This document shows positions 11,046 to 20,603 of a DNA stretch of 64,000 bases, piece by piece (position 1 is the first letter of the stretch; each line of letters opens with the position of its first letter). This stretch comes from Promethearchaeota archaeon (lineage in GTDB: Archaea; Asgardarchaeota; Lokiarchaeia; Sigyniarchaeales; SOKP01). The DNA lies in assembly GCA_019058295.1 (NCBI GenBank), contig JAHPZI010000015.1, forward strand, positions 44,679 through 108,678. The letters are read 5' to 3'. The notes below the pieces were generated by a model that was not told the DNA's origin, searched no databases, and saw nothing but the letters and a program-made list of their open reading frames with translations. The position numbers and the translations under genes were made by a program.

Positions 11046-12113
11046 TTATTTTATGTTACTATATACTGATTTTAATCTTTTTTCTGCTTCATTGACAATA
11101 GAACTAATTATATCTGATACATTTTCTATGCTATTTATAATTCCAATACTTTGACCTAATAGCACTGCTCCGTCTTCTGTATTTCCTTCGTAAATTAATC
11201 GATATGCCTTAGATTCTTTTAAAAACTCCTCAATCGTCGTTTTCTTTTCCATAGCCATCTTTTCTTCTTTAGACCCTACTTTAGGATGAGTTGCAGCATA
11301 TGGATTTTTCCATAACCTTATGGGTCCAAAAGCTCCAGTGGCTAATATCGTATCTTGAGCTTTTGCTGGAGGGACTATCTCTTTGTATGTTTGATGAAAT
11401 TCGCTTTCAACTGAGGCGATAAATCTAGAACCCATCGCAACAGCGCCTGCACCCATAGATAAAGCGGCAGCTAATCCTTGACCCGTAGCAAAGCCTCCAC
11501 ATGCTACAATAGGAAGATCTGGATATTTCTGGATAACTTGTTGCAACAAGACCAAAGTACTTACTTCTTCATAGGACTGATGACCCCCACCTTCTGTTCC
11601 GGTTACAACGACTCCATCAACTCCAGTATCTGCACATTTTCCTGCCAGCCATAAAGCGGGAGCGACATGAAAATGCTTTATGTTTGAACCACTTTCTTTT
11701 AATTTTTGGAAAGATTTTGTTTGTGGTAAGACCCTGGAGGATCCGGCACTGGTAATTGCGTATACACATTGTTCTTTAAGTTTTGGATTTTCCATGATAA
11801 ATTTTGGAATTTCTTTACATAACAATGGTGCATCTATTTGTACTCGAGATGTTCTAATATTAAATCCAAAGGGTTTATCCGTGTGTTCTACTACGTACTC
11901 CATGTCTCTTTTCATAACTTTTAAGGTCCTCTCTCTATCTTGCATACTTTCTTTTATAGACTTTTCAAAATCAGAAGCATGACTAATAACACCCAAACCT
12001 CCAGCCTCGGAAACCGCTACTGTTAAATGAGTCGTATTGAAAGGTCCCATAGGTGCAGCAATAATTGGATGTTTAATCCCTAACATTTTGGTTATATTTG
12101 TTTCAATTACCAT
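11046..12113 (-). CDS. Nitronate monooxygenase / FabK-like FMN-dependent oxidoreductase
   Basis: PIIAAPM, AVSEAGGLG, GTEGGGH, ACGGF, AALSMGAGAVAMGSRF, GQSIG. Confidence 0.88.
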   Translation of the reverse strand: MVIETNITKMLGIKHPIIAAPMGPFNTTHLTVAVSEAGGLGVISHASDFEKSIKESMQDRERTLKVMKRDMEYVVEHTDKPFGFNIRTSRVQIDAPLLCKEIPKFIMENPKLKEQCVYAITSAGSSRVLPQTKSFQKLKESGSNIKHFHVAPALWLAGKCADTGVDGVVVTGTEGGGHQSYEEVSTLVLLQQVIQKYPDLPIVACGGFATGQGLAAALSMGAGAVAMGSRFIASVESEFHQTYKEIVPPAKAQDTILATGAFGPIRLWKNPYAATHPKVGSKEEKMAMEKKTTIEEFLKESKAYRLIYEGNTEDGAVLLGQSIGIINSIENVSDIISSIVNEAEKRLKSVYSNIK

Positions 12114-12311
12114 ACTTTATTTGCCTCTCTTGATTAATATTTCAAAATTAAATTAATTAAAAATAAAAATCATAATTAAATAAATTATTTGTTTAGATAT
12201 TGATTATTTTATAGCTTAGTTTTATTTAACTTATTTTGTCCAAATATTTTTTAGTAATTTATTATAATTTGTTATTAGCTAAATTTTTAAATTGAATTAA
12301 TATGAAAAACT

Positions 12312-13454
12312 ATGGGTAAAATTATGTATTCTAAGCCAAAGAAAATAGGTAATTTAGAAATTAAAAATAGATTTGTTAGATCAGCAACATTTGAGGGTAT
12401 GGCTACTGAAGAAGGTAATGTAACAGAAAAACTTATAAATCTTTATAAAGAGTTAGCGGAAGGGGGAGTTGGATTAATAATTACTGGTTATTCATACGTT
12501 CAAAAAAGTGGAAAAGCATTTGATAACCAAACGGGGGTCGATGATGATGATTTAATACCAGGGCTAAGTAAAATTGCGAATATTGTCCATGAAAATAGTC
12601 AAGATTGTAAAATTGCTTTACAAATAGCGCATAGTGGTCGTCAATCCCGTCATTTAGAAAACACTTTAGCACCTTCTGCTGTTTTGGATAAATTGACAAG
12701 AAAAGTGCCAAAAGAAATGACAATTGAAGAAATAAGAGAAACTATTGAAGCTTTTGCTCAAGCAGTAAGGAGAGGAAAAGAAGCAGGATTTGACGCAGTC
12801 CAATTTCATGGTGCACATGGATATCTGATTAGTGAGTTTTTATCACCCTATACAAATAACAGAATAGATGAGTATGGTGGGAGTACTGAAAAAAGAATAA
12901 AGTTTGTTGAAGAAATTTATAAGAGCAGTGTAGAATTAGTGGGAAAAGATTTTCCGATTTTAATCAAAATGAATGGTGTGGACTTTTTAGAAAATGGACT
13001 TACATTAGAGGAGTCTAAGCAAATAGCAGAAAGATTTTCAAAAATGGGTTTTGCTGCTATTGAAGTTAGCGGTGGTATGTGGGAAGTATGTAAACGAAGT
13101 AAAAAAGAACTTGGTTGGAAGCCTACTTTTTTACCTGAAAGCCGAATGTTTGTGGGAACTAAAAATGAAGCTGCCTACAACTTACCTTTTGCTAAAGAAA
13201 TTAAAAAGGTAATAGATATCCCATTAATAGTAGTTGGTGGGATCAATTCACTCGACTTAGTTGAACAAATTTTAACTGAAGGAAGTGCGGATTTTGTTTC
13301 TTTATGCAGACCCTTGATTCGAGAACCTGACTTACCAAATAGATGGCTAAAAGGAATTGGGGAATCTAAAGTTGATTGTATTTATTGTAATAGTTGCCTG
13401 TCAAGTTTAGTTACTACAGGGTTGCGATGTGTTAAAAAAGAACCCTCTGAATAA
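12312..13454 (+). CDS. NADH:flavin oxidoreductase (old yellow enzyme family)
   Basis: KNRFVRSAT, GGVGLIITG, GFDAVQFHGAHGYLISEFLSP, NRIDEYGGS, C-terminal CIYCNSC. Confidence 0.92.
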   Translation: MGKIMYSKPKKIGNLEIKNRFVRSATFEGMATEEGNVTEKLINLYKELAEGGVGLIITGYSYVQKSGKAFDNQTGVDDDDLIPGLSKIANIVHENSQDCKIALQIAHSGRQSRHLENTLAPSAVLDKLTRKVPKEMTIEEIRETIEAFAQAVRRGKEAGFDAVQFHGAHGYLISEFLSPYTNNRIDEYGGSTEKRIKFVEEIYKSSVELVGKDFPILIKMNGVDFLENGLTLEESKQIAERFSKMGFAAIEVSGGMWEVCKRSKKELGWKPTFLPESRMFVGTKNEAAYNLPFAKEIKKVIDIPLIVVGGINSLDLVEQILTEGSADFVSLCRPLIREPDLPNRWLKGIGESKVDCIYCNSCLSSLVTTGLRCVKKEPSE

Positions 13455-13572
13455 CTAAAATTAATAAAATTGTTTTTTTCTTATAACAAATCATAAGTGA
13501 GTAAGAAAAAATAGAATTTTTAAGCTTCAATCTTTTAAAAATATAATAACGCTTAAAAGTGAAATATCAGCT

Positions 13573-15312
13573 ATGAGTTCCACATATAACAAGATTTCAG
13601 AAGCGCTCTCTCAGAAATTTAAGGAAATTATTGGAGATGAATACTTTTTCTCAGAATACGAAATTAGATGGACGTATGCGTTTGGGGGTACAATTTTTAG
13701 AAAGGAATGGATACCCGATTTAATTTTATTGCCTCAAACTGTTGAACAGGTTTCTCAAATTTTAAAGTTAGCAAACGAGAATAAAATTCCCGTAACTCCA
13801 AGAGGAAGTGCTACCAGTCTATCCGGCGGTCCTATGACACCCTATAAAGGTATAAGTCTTGATCTAACTAAGATGAATAAAATTATTAAAATAGATATTG
13901 AGAACAACCTTGTAGAAACCGAAGCTGGCGTTATTTGTGATGATTTAAACGAAGAATTAAAATCTCATGGCTATTTCTTTCCTCCTGATCCTGGTTCAAG
14001 CTCAGTAGCGACAATTGGTGGGATGGTTGCTACGAATGCTGGTGGTATTCAGGCGTTTAAATATGGGGTTACAAAAAATTATGTTTTACATTTAGAAGTT
14101 GTCCTGCCTAATGGTAAAATAATGAATTTAGGCACAGACGTTTTAAAATCAGTATCTTCATATAATTTAAAAGACTTATTTGTAGGCTCTGAGGGAACGC
14201 TTGGAGTTATTACAAAAATTGGTCTTAGAATTAGACCTTTACCAAAAACACGAAAATTAGGATTATTTATTTTTGATAATGTAGAGGATCTACAGAAGGC
14301 TTCAATTGAGATTCGCAAGAATGGGATTATTCCCAATCTATTAGAATTTATGGATAAACTTATATTAGAAGCAGTGACCGATTATTTAGGAGGAGAATTC
14401 GTAGATTTCCCGAATGGATATGTTCTCTTAGCCGAAGTTGACGGAGATAATACTAAAGCGGTAGATGAAAACTTCTCTGTAATGTTTGATATAATTATCC
14501 AGAATAAACCTATTTTCCATAGAATTGCTAAAAACAGTGAGGAACGAGAAAGTTTGATTCTAGCCCGAAAGGCTAACCTTCCCGCTTTATCAAGAATAAG
14601 ACCAACAACATGTGTCGAAGATTGTACGATTAAATTATCAGATTTCGCAGATGTAATTAAAAAGATTGAGAAGATTCCTGAAAGTATTAATGCCAAAAAC
14701 ATGCTTGTCGCTACTATCTGCCATATGGAGGGTAATTTACATCCTACCTTCTTATTTAATGAAAATGATGAACAGGATGTAAAAGATTTTGAAAAAGCTA
14801 TTGATTATCTATATAAAGAGATTATTATTCCAGCTGGTGGCACACTCACGGGTGAACATGGGATCGGAAAAATAAAGACGCCTTTTCTCGAATTGGAGCA
14901 TGGTTCTGAGGTTGTGGATATAATGAGGCAAATTAAGGAATTGTTTGATCCAAATGGAATTTTAAACCCCGGGATCGGAAAGGGAGACCAAAGACCTTTA
15001 AAAAAAGTTAGCGTTCAGAGGATTCTGAAAAACCAATCAGATAAAATTTTAGAATTAAAATGTATGCGATGTGGCTTTTGTATAAGTACATGTGCTTCAA
15101 GAATTAATTATTTAATTGAGCCCTATAGTCCAAGAGGTCGATTGAGTATTTTGAATGGTCTTGTTCATGGTGAGATCGAATTAAATGAATTAATCGTAGA
15201 TATATTTCAAGCTTGCACACTTTGTGGACTCTGTTATGTAAAGTGTCCTGCAGGAGTTCAGACTCATGATATTTTTGAAAAAGCAAGAGAAATTATTCAT
15301 AAAAATATGTGA
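13573..15312 (+). CDS. FAD-linked D-2-hydroxyacid (probable D-lactate) dehydrogenase, GlcD/Dld family, fused to a 2x[4Fe-4S] domain
   Basis: PRGSATSLSGG, FPPDPGS, TIGGMVATNAGG, GSEGTLG, GNLHP, GEHGIG, LNPG. C-terminal CMRCGFCISTC and CTLCGLCYVKCP. Adjacent to larA. Confidence 0.85.
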   Translation: MSSTYNKISEALSQKFKEIIGDEYFFSEYEIRWTYAFGGTIFRKEWIPDLILLPQTVEQVSQILKLANENKIPVTPRGSATSLSGGPMTPYKGISLDLTKMNKIIKIDIENNLVETEAGVICDDLNEELKSHGYFFPPDPGSSSVATIGGMVATNAGGIQAFKYGVTKNYVLHLEVVLPNGKIMNLGTDVLKSVSSYNLKDLFVGSEGTLGVITKIGLRIRPLPKTRKLGLFIFDNVEDLQKASIEIRKNGIIPNLLEFMDKLILEAVTDYLGGEFVDFPNGYVLLAEVDGDNTKAVDENFSVMFDIIIQNKPIFHRIAKNSEERESLILARKANLPALSRIRPTTCVEDCTIKLSDFADVIKKIEKIPESINAKNMLVATICHMEGNLHPTFLFNENDEQDVKDFEKAIDYLYKEIIIPAGGTLTGEHGIGKIKTPFLELEHGSEVVDIMRQIKELFDPNGILNPGIGKGDQRPLKKVSVQRILKNQSDKILELKCMRCGFCISTCASRINYLIEPYSPRGRLSILNGLVHGEIELNELIVDIFQACTLCGLCYVKCPAGVQTHDIFEKAREIIHKNM

Positions 15313-15319
15313 GGAATGT

Positions 15320-16609
15320 ATGAGATTTGACTATGGAAAAAACGGCTTAGAAATCAATCTTGATCCATCTTGGAATGTCACTATCTTCCATCCAAAGAAA
15401 CAGAAGGTTATTGAAAATCCAGTTGACGTTATTAGAAATAAAATTAAAAACCCCATTGGGAGTTCTCCTTTACGTGATATTGTAAATCAAAAGATTTCTT
15501 CCCAGAAAGTTTGTATTGTAGTAAGTGATGCGACCCGACCAGTTCCTTCGCATATTATTTTAGAGGCTATAATTAAAGAATTAAACGAATATGGAATAGC
15601 AAAAGCACAGATCACTATATTAATTGCACTTGGATTGCATCGTCCAAGTAATAAAGATGAAATAGAACGAATAGTTGGTAAAAATATTTGGCGTCAATGG
15701 AGAATTAATGTACTACACCCTTCACCTAAAAATAGATTGCATGTTAAAGAATTAGGAAAAACGTCTAATGGATCTCCGATATATATTGATAAAGATTTCT
15801 ATGAAGCCGATCTCAAGATTCTAACTGGATATGTAGAACCGCATTTCTTTTTTGGCTTTTCAGGTGGTAGAAAGGCTTTAGTACCCGGAATTGCTGGTCA
15901 AAAAACTATTATGGACAATCATTCAGCAGAAAACATAGCCTCTCCTCATGCTCGATTCGGGATTTTTAAGGAAAATCCGTTACATCAACATGCTCTTGAA
16001 ATAGCTAAAAAAATGGAGATAGATTTTATAGTTAATGTATGTATCAATGAAGATCATAAAATTACCCAAGTAGCTGCTGGAGATTTAGAAAAAGCTCATG
16101 AAAATCTAGTTAATTATCAGTTAAAACATGTATTCAGAGAAATTTCCGAACCTTACGATATAGTAATATGTGGAAACGGAGGGTATCCTTTAGATCTCAA
16201 TTTGTATCAAGCGGTTAAAAGCATGGCTATTGGTGAGATGGCAGTCAAAGAAGGAGGAACAATTATTTCTGTGAATGAATGTTCTGAGGGTGTTGGAATA
16301 GGCCAAGAAAAGTTTAAGGAACTCATTTTTTCGGGTATGAATCCCAAGGAGATTTATGATAAGATTCTAAATAAAGAAATTATAGTCCCAGATCAATGGG
16401 AAATTCAAATTTTAGCAAGGGTATTAATGAAAGCTGAAATATATGTCATATCTAAGCTAAAAGAGAAAGAAATTGGAAAGATTGGATTAAAATATGCAAA
16501 ATCTGTCGAAGAGGCGATTAAATTAGGTTTAGAAAAACATGGTAGGGATGCCAAAATTCTGATCTTGCCAAATGGACCACAATTGCTTCCTGTATTGAAA
16601 AATAGGTAA
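15320..16609 (+). CDS. larA: Nickel-pincer (NPN)-dependent lactate racemase
   Basis: SDATRP, GLHR, EPHFFFGFSGGRK, NHS, GYPLDLNLYQAVK, DQW are the LarA catalytic and cofactor motifs. Likely start ATG 15320 (MRFDYG), 7 nt after the upstream stop, with GAGG upstream. Confidence 0.9.
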   Translation: MRFDYGKNGLEINLDPSWNVTIFHPKKQKVIENPVDVIRNKIKNPIGSSPLRDIVNQKISSQKVCIVVSDATRPVPSHIILEAIIKELNEYGIAKAQITILIALGLHRPSNKDEIERIVGKNIWRQWRINVLHPSPKNRLHVKELGKTSNGSPIYIDKDFYEADLKILTGYVEPHFFFGFSGGRKALVPGIAGQKTIMDNHSAENIASPHARFGIFKENPLHQHALEIAKKMEIDFIVNVCINEDHKITQVAAGDLEKAHENLVNYQLKHVFREISEPYDIVICGNGGYPLDLNLYQAVKSMAIGEMAVKEGGTIISVNECSEGVGIGQEKFKELIFSGMNPKEIYDKILNKEIIVPDQWEIQILARVLMKAEIYVISKLKEKEIGKIGLKYAKSVEEAIKLGLEKHGRDAKILILPNGPQLLPVLKNR

Positions 16610-16620
16610 AACAATTAATT

Positions 16621-17232
16621 CTACCATTCTGAAAAGAACTTTTCTTTTGAATAATCTCTTTTTAAAGGCTTTCCTGAAAGCATTGTATAGTATCTCAACA
16701 TCGCAGATTGTTCTGCTCCAGTAACATTTTGGAGGGCATCATATAGAGTATTCCCCTTAGCAAATACACCATGAGCTCTTACAACCACAATAGGATAATT
16801 TTTCAACATAGGAGGGACTTCTCGCGCCGCATCTGTAGGGCCCGCGGGATTATCTACCTCAATAACAGGTATTTTTCTATACATATAAATTCCCTCTGCA
16901 TCAAGACAAGTAATCTCGTCTTCTATCAGCGATAAAATAACGCAAAAAGGATTATGAGCGTGAATCACGGCCATTGCATCTGTATTTAAATAAATTTGGC
17001 GATGTACATTCGTCTCTGTGCTAGATAGCATAATTCCAGAATCTTGAGTATAGAGATCAGTCTCAATAATATCTTCAGGCTCTAGAAAACCGAGCATGGC
17101 ACCCCTTCTTTTAATAAGGATCTTCCCTCCAGCCCTCATACTAATATTACCTGAATGGGAAGTATTATACCTGTGATCAGTTAATACTTTGCCTACAATT
17201 TTAAATTGTTTAAAAGTTTCAGGATCAATCAT
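16621..17232 (-). CDS. Class II (Zn) aldolase, FucA/RhaD superfamily; probable rhamnulose-1-phosphate aldolase
   Basis: SGNISMR, SSTETNVH, HAH, AHG metal ligands. Substrate inferred from the rhaA/rhaB context. Confidence 0.85.
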   Translation of the reverse strand: MIDPETFKQFKIVGKVLTDHRYNTSHSGNISMRAGGKILIKRRGAMLGFLEPEDIIETDLYTQDSGIMLSSTETNVHRQIYLNTDAMAVIHAHNPFCVILSLIEDEITCLDAEGIYMYRKIPVIEVDNPAGPTDAAREVPPMLKNYPIVVVRAHGVFAKGNTLYDALQNVTGAEQSAMLRYYTMLSGKPLKRDYSKEKFFSEW

Positions 17233-17261
17233 TATTTCTCAATAAATTTTATAGTTTAAAC

Positions 17262-19058
17262 TTAAATTAATCTTTTTAATGATAATTTTTCTAATAAACT
17301 GTCAGTAGGGATCCCATTTTCATCCCAATTTCTTACCTTATAATATTCATCAATTAAATCATCGAGAGGGACAACCCTCCCTTTCGAGGGACCATCTTGT
17401 AATGGAGTTTCTAGAAACCTTTTTGGGAGGATATCATCTTTTCTCGAAAATCCTTCTCTTATGTTAAAAAGTCGCTCTAGGGTGTATATTCTTTCGCCAA
17501 TAGTGATTAGATCTGTTATTGAAATTTTTCTATCTAATAAAGTACTTAAAAATCGAGCGGTAAATTCGAAACCTAATGCATATCCCACAAACTTGCAAGT
17601 GACTAATGAATCTTCCACTGCGCTCTGATTTTGCTTTAAATATAACAGATCTGATTTACCTCGAACAGAAAATCTATTGATTTTTTTAGGAGCTCCCAAT
17701 ACTTCTAATGCAACCAAAAATCCCGTTAAGTGACAGGCCCCGCGTGAACTTACAGCATAATTTAATGCATGACCAAATGCTCCTCGGGGATCATATGCCG
17801 GAATTTCCATTCCCTTAACCTGCATTGCATAATCTTGAGCATTATATTTTCTAGAAAATCTCAGAGATCCTTCAGCTAATTCGTTTCCTATGCCTTTTCT
17901 CAGAGAGATCTGCTCAATTAGTTCACATAAGCTATCTTTATTTCCAAAAGTTAAAGAATCATGTTTTATCAATTCTTTTTGTTGTAATTCCATAGCGCAC
18001 GCAATAGTTGCTCCAGTAGACATTGTATCCAACCCATAGTCATTACATAAATAATTTGCATGAGTGATTGTTTTTAATTCAAAAATTCCTATTAATGGTC
18101 CTAAGGCCCAGAGTGATTCATATTCTGGACCTTTTCCACTCGCCTCTCCAGTGTTTGTCATTCTGCCACACCTTATTATGCAATTGTAACATCCTTCGCT
18201 TTTTTCTAGAAATCTCTCTCTTAATCGCTCTCCACTAACTAAATCTATTTTTTCAGGTTCTGTATATGCGAATTGATAATTATTAACGGGGAACATCCCA
18301 AATGAATTGATAACTTTAACTAAGGCAGCAGTTCCAAATAATGCCATCCCTTGGGAGGTTATGGGAACAACTTTAATTTTATCTCTGGCCACAATCGCTA
18401 ATTTTTTCATATATTCTTTATTTTTAACGGGAAATTTGAGCGTACCGTTTTTTACGACAATAGCTTTTATGTTTTTAGAACCCATTACAGCCCCTACGCC
18501 ACCTCTACCAAAAGCTCTATGAGCTTGGTTCATAATAGCGGAAAACTTTACTAAGTTCTCACCAGCTGGTCCAATACTTAATACTTGACAATTTTTTCCT
18601 TCCATTTCTTGAATCTTTTTTAAGGTTTCAGATGTCTTAAGGCCCCATAAACTTTCAGCATCTTTGATTTCAATTTTATCATATCCATCTATTAATATGT
18701 ATCCTTTGTTATCAGAAGAAAGCGTCCCTTTAATAAACAAACAATCATATCCACATCGTTTGAAATATGGACCCCAAAATCCCCCTGAATTTGAGTGGAA
18801 TATTGTATTAGTTAGGGGTGATTTTGTTACTAAAGAAAATCTTCCACTTGTTGGAGTTAGAGTTCCAGTAAGGGGGCCAACAGAAAAAATTAATGGATTC
18901 AATTTTGATAAAGGATCAGTACTTTTCGGTAGGTAATCGGTAAGAAGTTTTATCCCTAATCCTCTACCTCCTAAAAAGTCAGTAAAAATCTCTTCTTCAA
19001 TTGGTTTTTCAGAAACTTTTTTTGAATCTAAGTCAATATTTAAAATTTTATTATTCAT
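17262..19058 (-). CDS. aor: Tungsten/molybdopterin aldehyde:ferredoxin oxidoreductase (AOR family), paralog 1
   Basis: FLGGRGLG, KSPLT, IGPAGENLV, GRGGVGAVMGSKN, CYNCIIRC, GPEYE, YGLDT, AYDPR, RGACH, YYKVRNWDENGIP. Confidence 0.92.
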   Translation of the reverse strand: MNNKILNIDLDSKKVSEKPIEEEIFTDFLGGRGLGIKLLTDYLPKSTDPLSKLNPLIFSVGPLTGTLTPTSGRFSLVTKSPLTNTIFHSNSGGFWGPYFKRCGYDCLFIKGTLSSDNKGYILIDGYDKIEIKDAESLWGLKTSETLKKIQEMEGKNCQVLSIGPAGENLVKFSAIMNQAHRAFGRGGVGAVMGSKNIKAIVVKNGTLKFPVKNKEYMKKLAIVARDKIKVVPITSQGMALFGTAALVKVINSFGMFPVNNYQFAYTEPEKIDLVSGERLRERFLEKSEGCYNCIIRCGRMTNTGEASGKGPEYESLWALGPLIGIFELKTITHANYLCNDYGLDTMSTGATIACAMELQQKELIKHDSLTFGNKDSLCELIEQISLRKGIGNELAEGSLRFSRKYNAQDYAMQVKGMEIPAYDPRGAFGHALNYAVSSRGACHLTGFLVALEVLGAPKKINRFSVRGKSDLLYLKQNQSAVEDSLVTCKFVGYALGFEFTARFLSTLLDRKISITDLITIGERIYTLERLFNIREGFSRKDDILPKRFLETPLQDGPSKGRVVPLDDLIDEYYKVRNWDENGIPTDSLLEKLSLKRLI

Positions 19059-19060
19059 TC

Positions 19061-19081
19061 AAAGTAATAAAAAATTACTTT
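19061..19081. promoter_or_regulatory. Perfect inverted repeat AAAGTAAT-N5-ATTACTTT in the 34-bp divergent spacer between aor and rhaB (candidate operator)
   Basis: Seen directly. Abuts a TATA-like TTTAAATA at 19079-19086. Confidence 0.45.
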
Positions 19082-19092
19082 AAATAATAAAA

Positions 19093-20595
19093 TTGGTTAA
19101 AAAACAAGTAATTCTTGCTGTGGACCTTGGAGCTAGCTCTGGAAGAGTAATTCTTGGAACACTCAGCGTAAGCAAGAAATTGAGTCTAGAAGAGATATAC
19201 CGGTTCCCTAATGAAGGGATCCAGGTTAAAAACGAGCTACATTGGGATGTTCCGTATTTATTCAATGAAATAAAACATGCTATGACTAAATATGTTAAAA
19301 AATATGGAGCTGATTTAAATTCTATAGGAGTTGATACGTGGGGTGTAAATTTTATTCTTTTAGACAAGAATAACAGATTTTTAAGTCCAATGTATCATTA
19401 TCGGGATAAAAGGACTGTAGGAATGCTCGAAAAAATGTTTAAAGTAGTCCCAAAAGAGGAAATTTTTAAACAGACCGGCATTCAATTCCTAGAACTTAAT
19501 AGTTCAACTCAGCTTTTTTCTATGGTATATAATAAATCACCTCGTCTTCCTTTGACTAAAACCATAATTATGTTTCCAGATTATATCAATTATTTATTAT
19601 CGGGAGTGATAGCCTGTGAATTTTCTGACGCAACAACAACTCAACTTTATAATCCAGTGAAAAATGAATGGGCCTATGATTTGATAAAACGCTTAGGTCT
19701 CAATCCAGAGTGGTTTATTAAAGTTATTTATGGAGGGACCATTCTTGGTCCTATTAAAAAGGATGTGGCTGATGAAGTTGGGCTTAGTAGCGACACTAAA
19801 ATTATTGCGCCTCTTACCCATGATACGGGATCCGCTTATGTAAGCGTGCCAGTAGATATGAATAAGTATTTTGAGGGAGATTTTGGGATTCTCAGTTCTG
19901 GTACTTGGAGTGTGTTGGGTGTAGAGTTAAAGAAACCCTTAATTAATGATAAAGTCCTTAAATATAATTATTCTAATGAGGGAGGTTTTAACGGAACCAT
20001 TCGATTTTTGAAAAATATTACGGGTATGTGGTTAATCCAAGAATGTAAAAAAATCTGGGAAAAGGAAAATATGAAATTAGATTGGGATAAGATTGCAATT
20101 GAAGCTGAAAATGCAGATGCATTTCAATCTTTTATAAATCCAGATGATCATAGCTTCTTAGCACCCTCCAATATGATTCAGGCAATTCAAAAATACTGTA
20201 GAACTACAAATCAGAAAGTTCCTGAGACCATTGGAGAAATATCTAGAACGATTTTTGAATCAATTGCCTTTAAATATAAACAAGCTGTAGAGAATCTGGA
20301 AGATATTATTGAAAAAAAACTGAAGATCCTCTATATTATTGGCGGAGGTAGTCAACTTAATTTATTAAATCAATTTACAGCAAATATATTAAATATTCCT
20401 TTAAAGGCGGGACCATCAGAAGCAACAATAATAGGCAATATATTGCTTCAAGCCTTAGCGTTAGGAGTAGTGGAAGATTTAATTGAATTAAGAGAAATTG
20501 TTAGAAAATCGTTTGATATCAAATCTTTTTTACCTAAACATCATGAAAAATGGAATGACGCTTATTATTCTTTTTTAGATAAAATAAATCATTAA
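19093..20595 (+). CDS. rhaB: Rhamnulokinase (FGGY family)
   Basis: AVDLGASSGR, EIYRFPN, SIGVDTWGV, YRDKRT, TGIQF, HDTGSA, SSGTWS, NEGG, RFLKNITGMWLIQEC. TTG start; adjacent to rhaA. Confidence 0.92.
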   Translation: MVKKQVILAVDLGASSGRVILGTLSVSKKLSLEEIYRFPNEGIQVKNELHWDVPYLFNEIKHAMTKYVKKYGADLNSIGVDTWGVNFILLDKNNRFLSPMYHYRDKRTVGMLEKMFKVVPKEEIFKQTGIQFLELNSSTQLFSMVYNKSPRLPLTKTIIMFPDYINYLLSGVIACEFSDATTTQLYNPVKNEWAYDLIKRLGLNPEWFIKVIYGGTILGPIKKDVADEVGLSSDTKIIAPLTHDTGSAYVSVPVDMNKYFEGDFGILSSGTWSVLGVELKKPLINDKVLKYNYSNEGGFNGTIRFLKNITGMWLIQECKKIWEKENMKLDWDKIAIEAENADAFQSFINPDDHSFLAPSNMIQAIQKYCRTTNQKVPETIGEISRTIFESIAFKYKQAVENLEDIIEKKLKILYIIGGGSQLNLLNQFTANILNIPLKAGPSEATIIGNILLQALALGVVEDLIELREIVRKSFDIKSFLPKHHEKWNDAYYSFLDKINH

Positions 20596-20603
20596 TGGAT
20601 AAT

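Noticed and set aside
15266-15319. ORF-track N-terminal extensions of larA (15266), MoaD (52860) and the C25 protease (5951)
   Set aside because: The larA and MoaD extensions overlap upstream genes and the C25 extension precedes the signal peptide. Downstream ATGs fit the family N-termini better.
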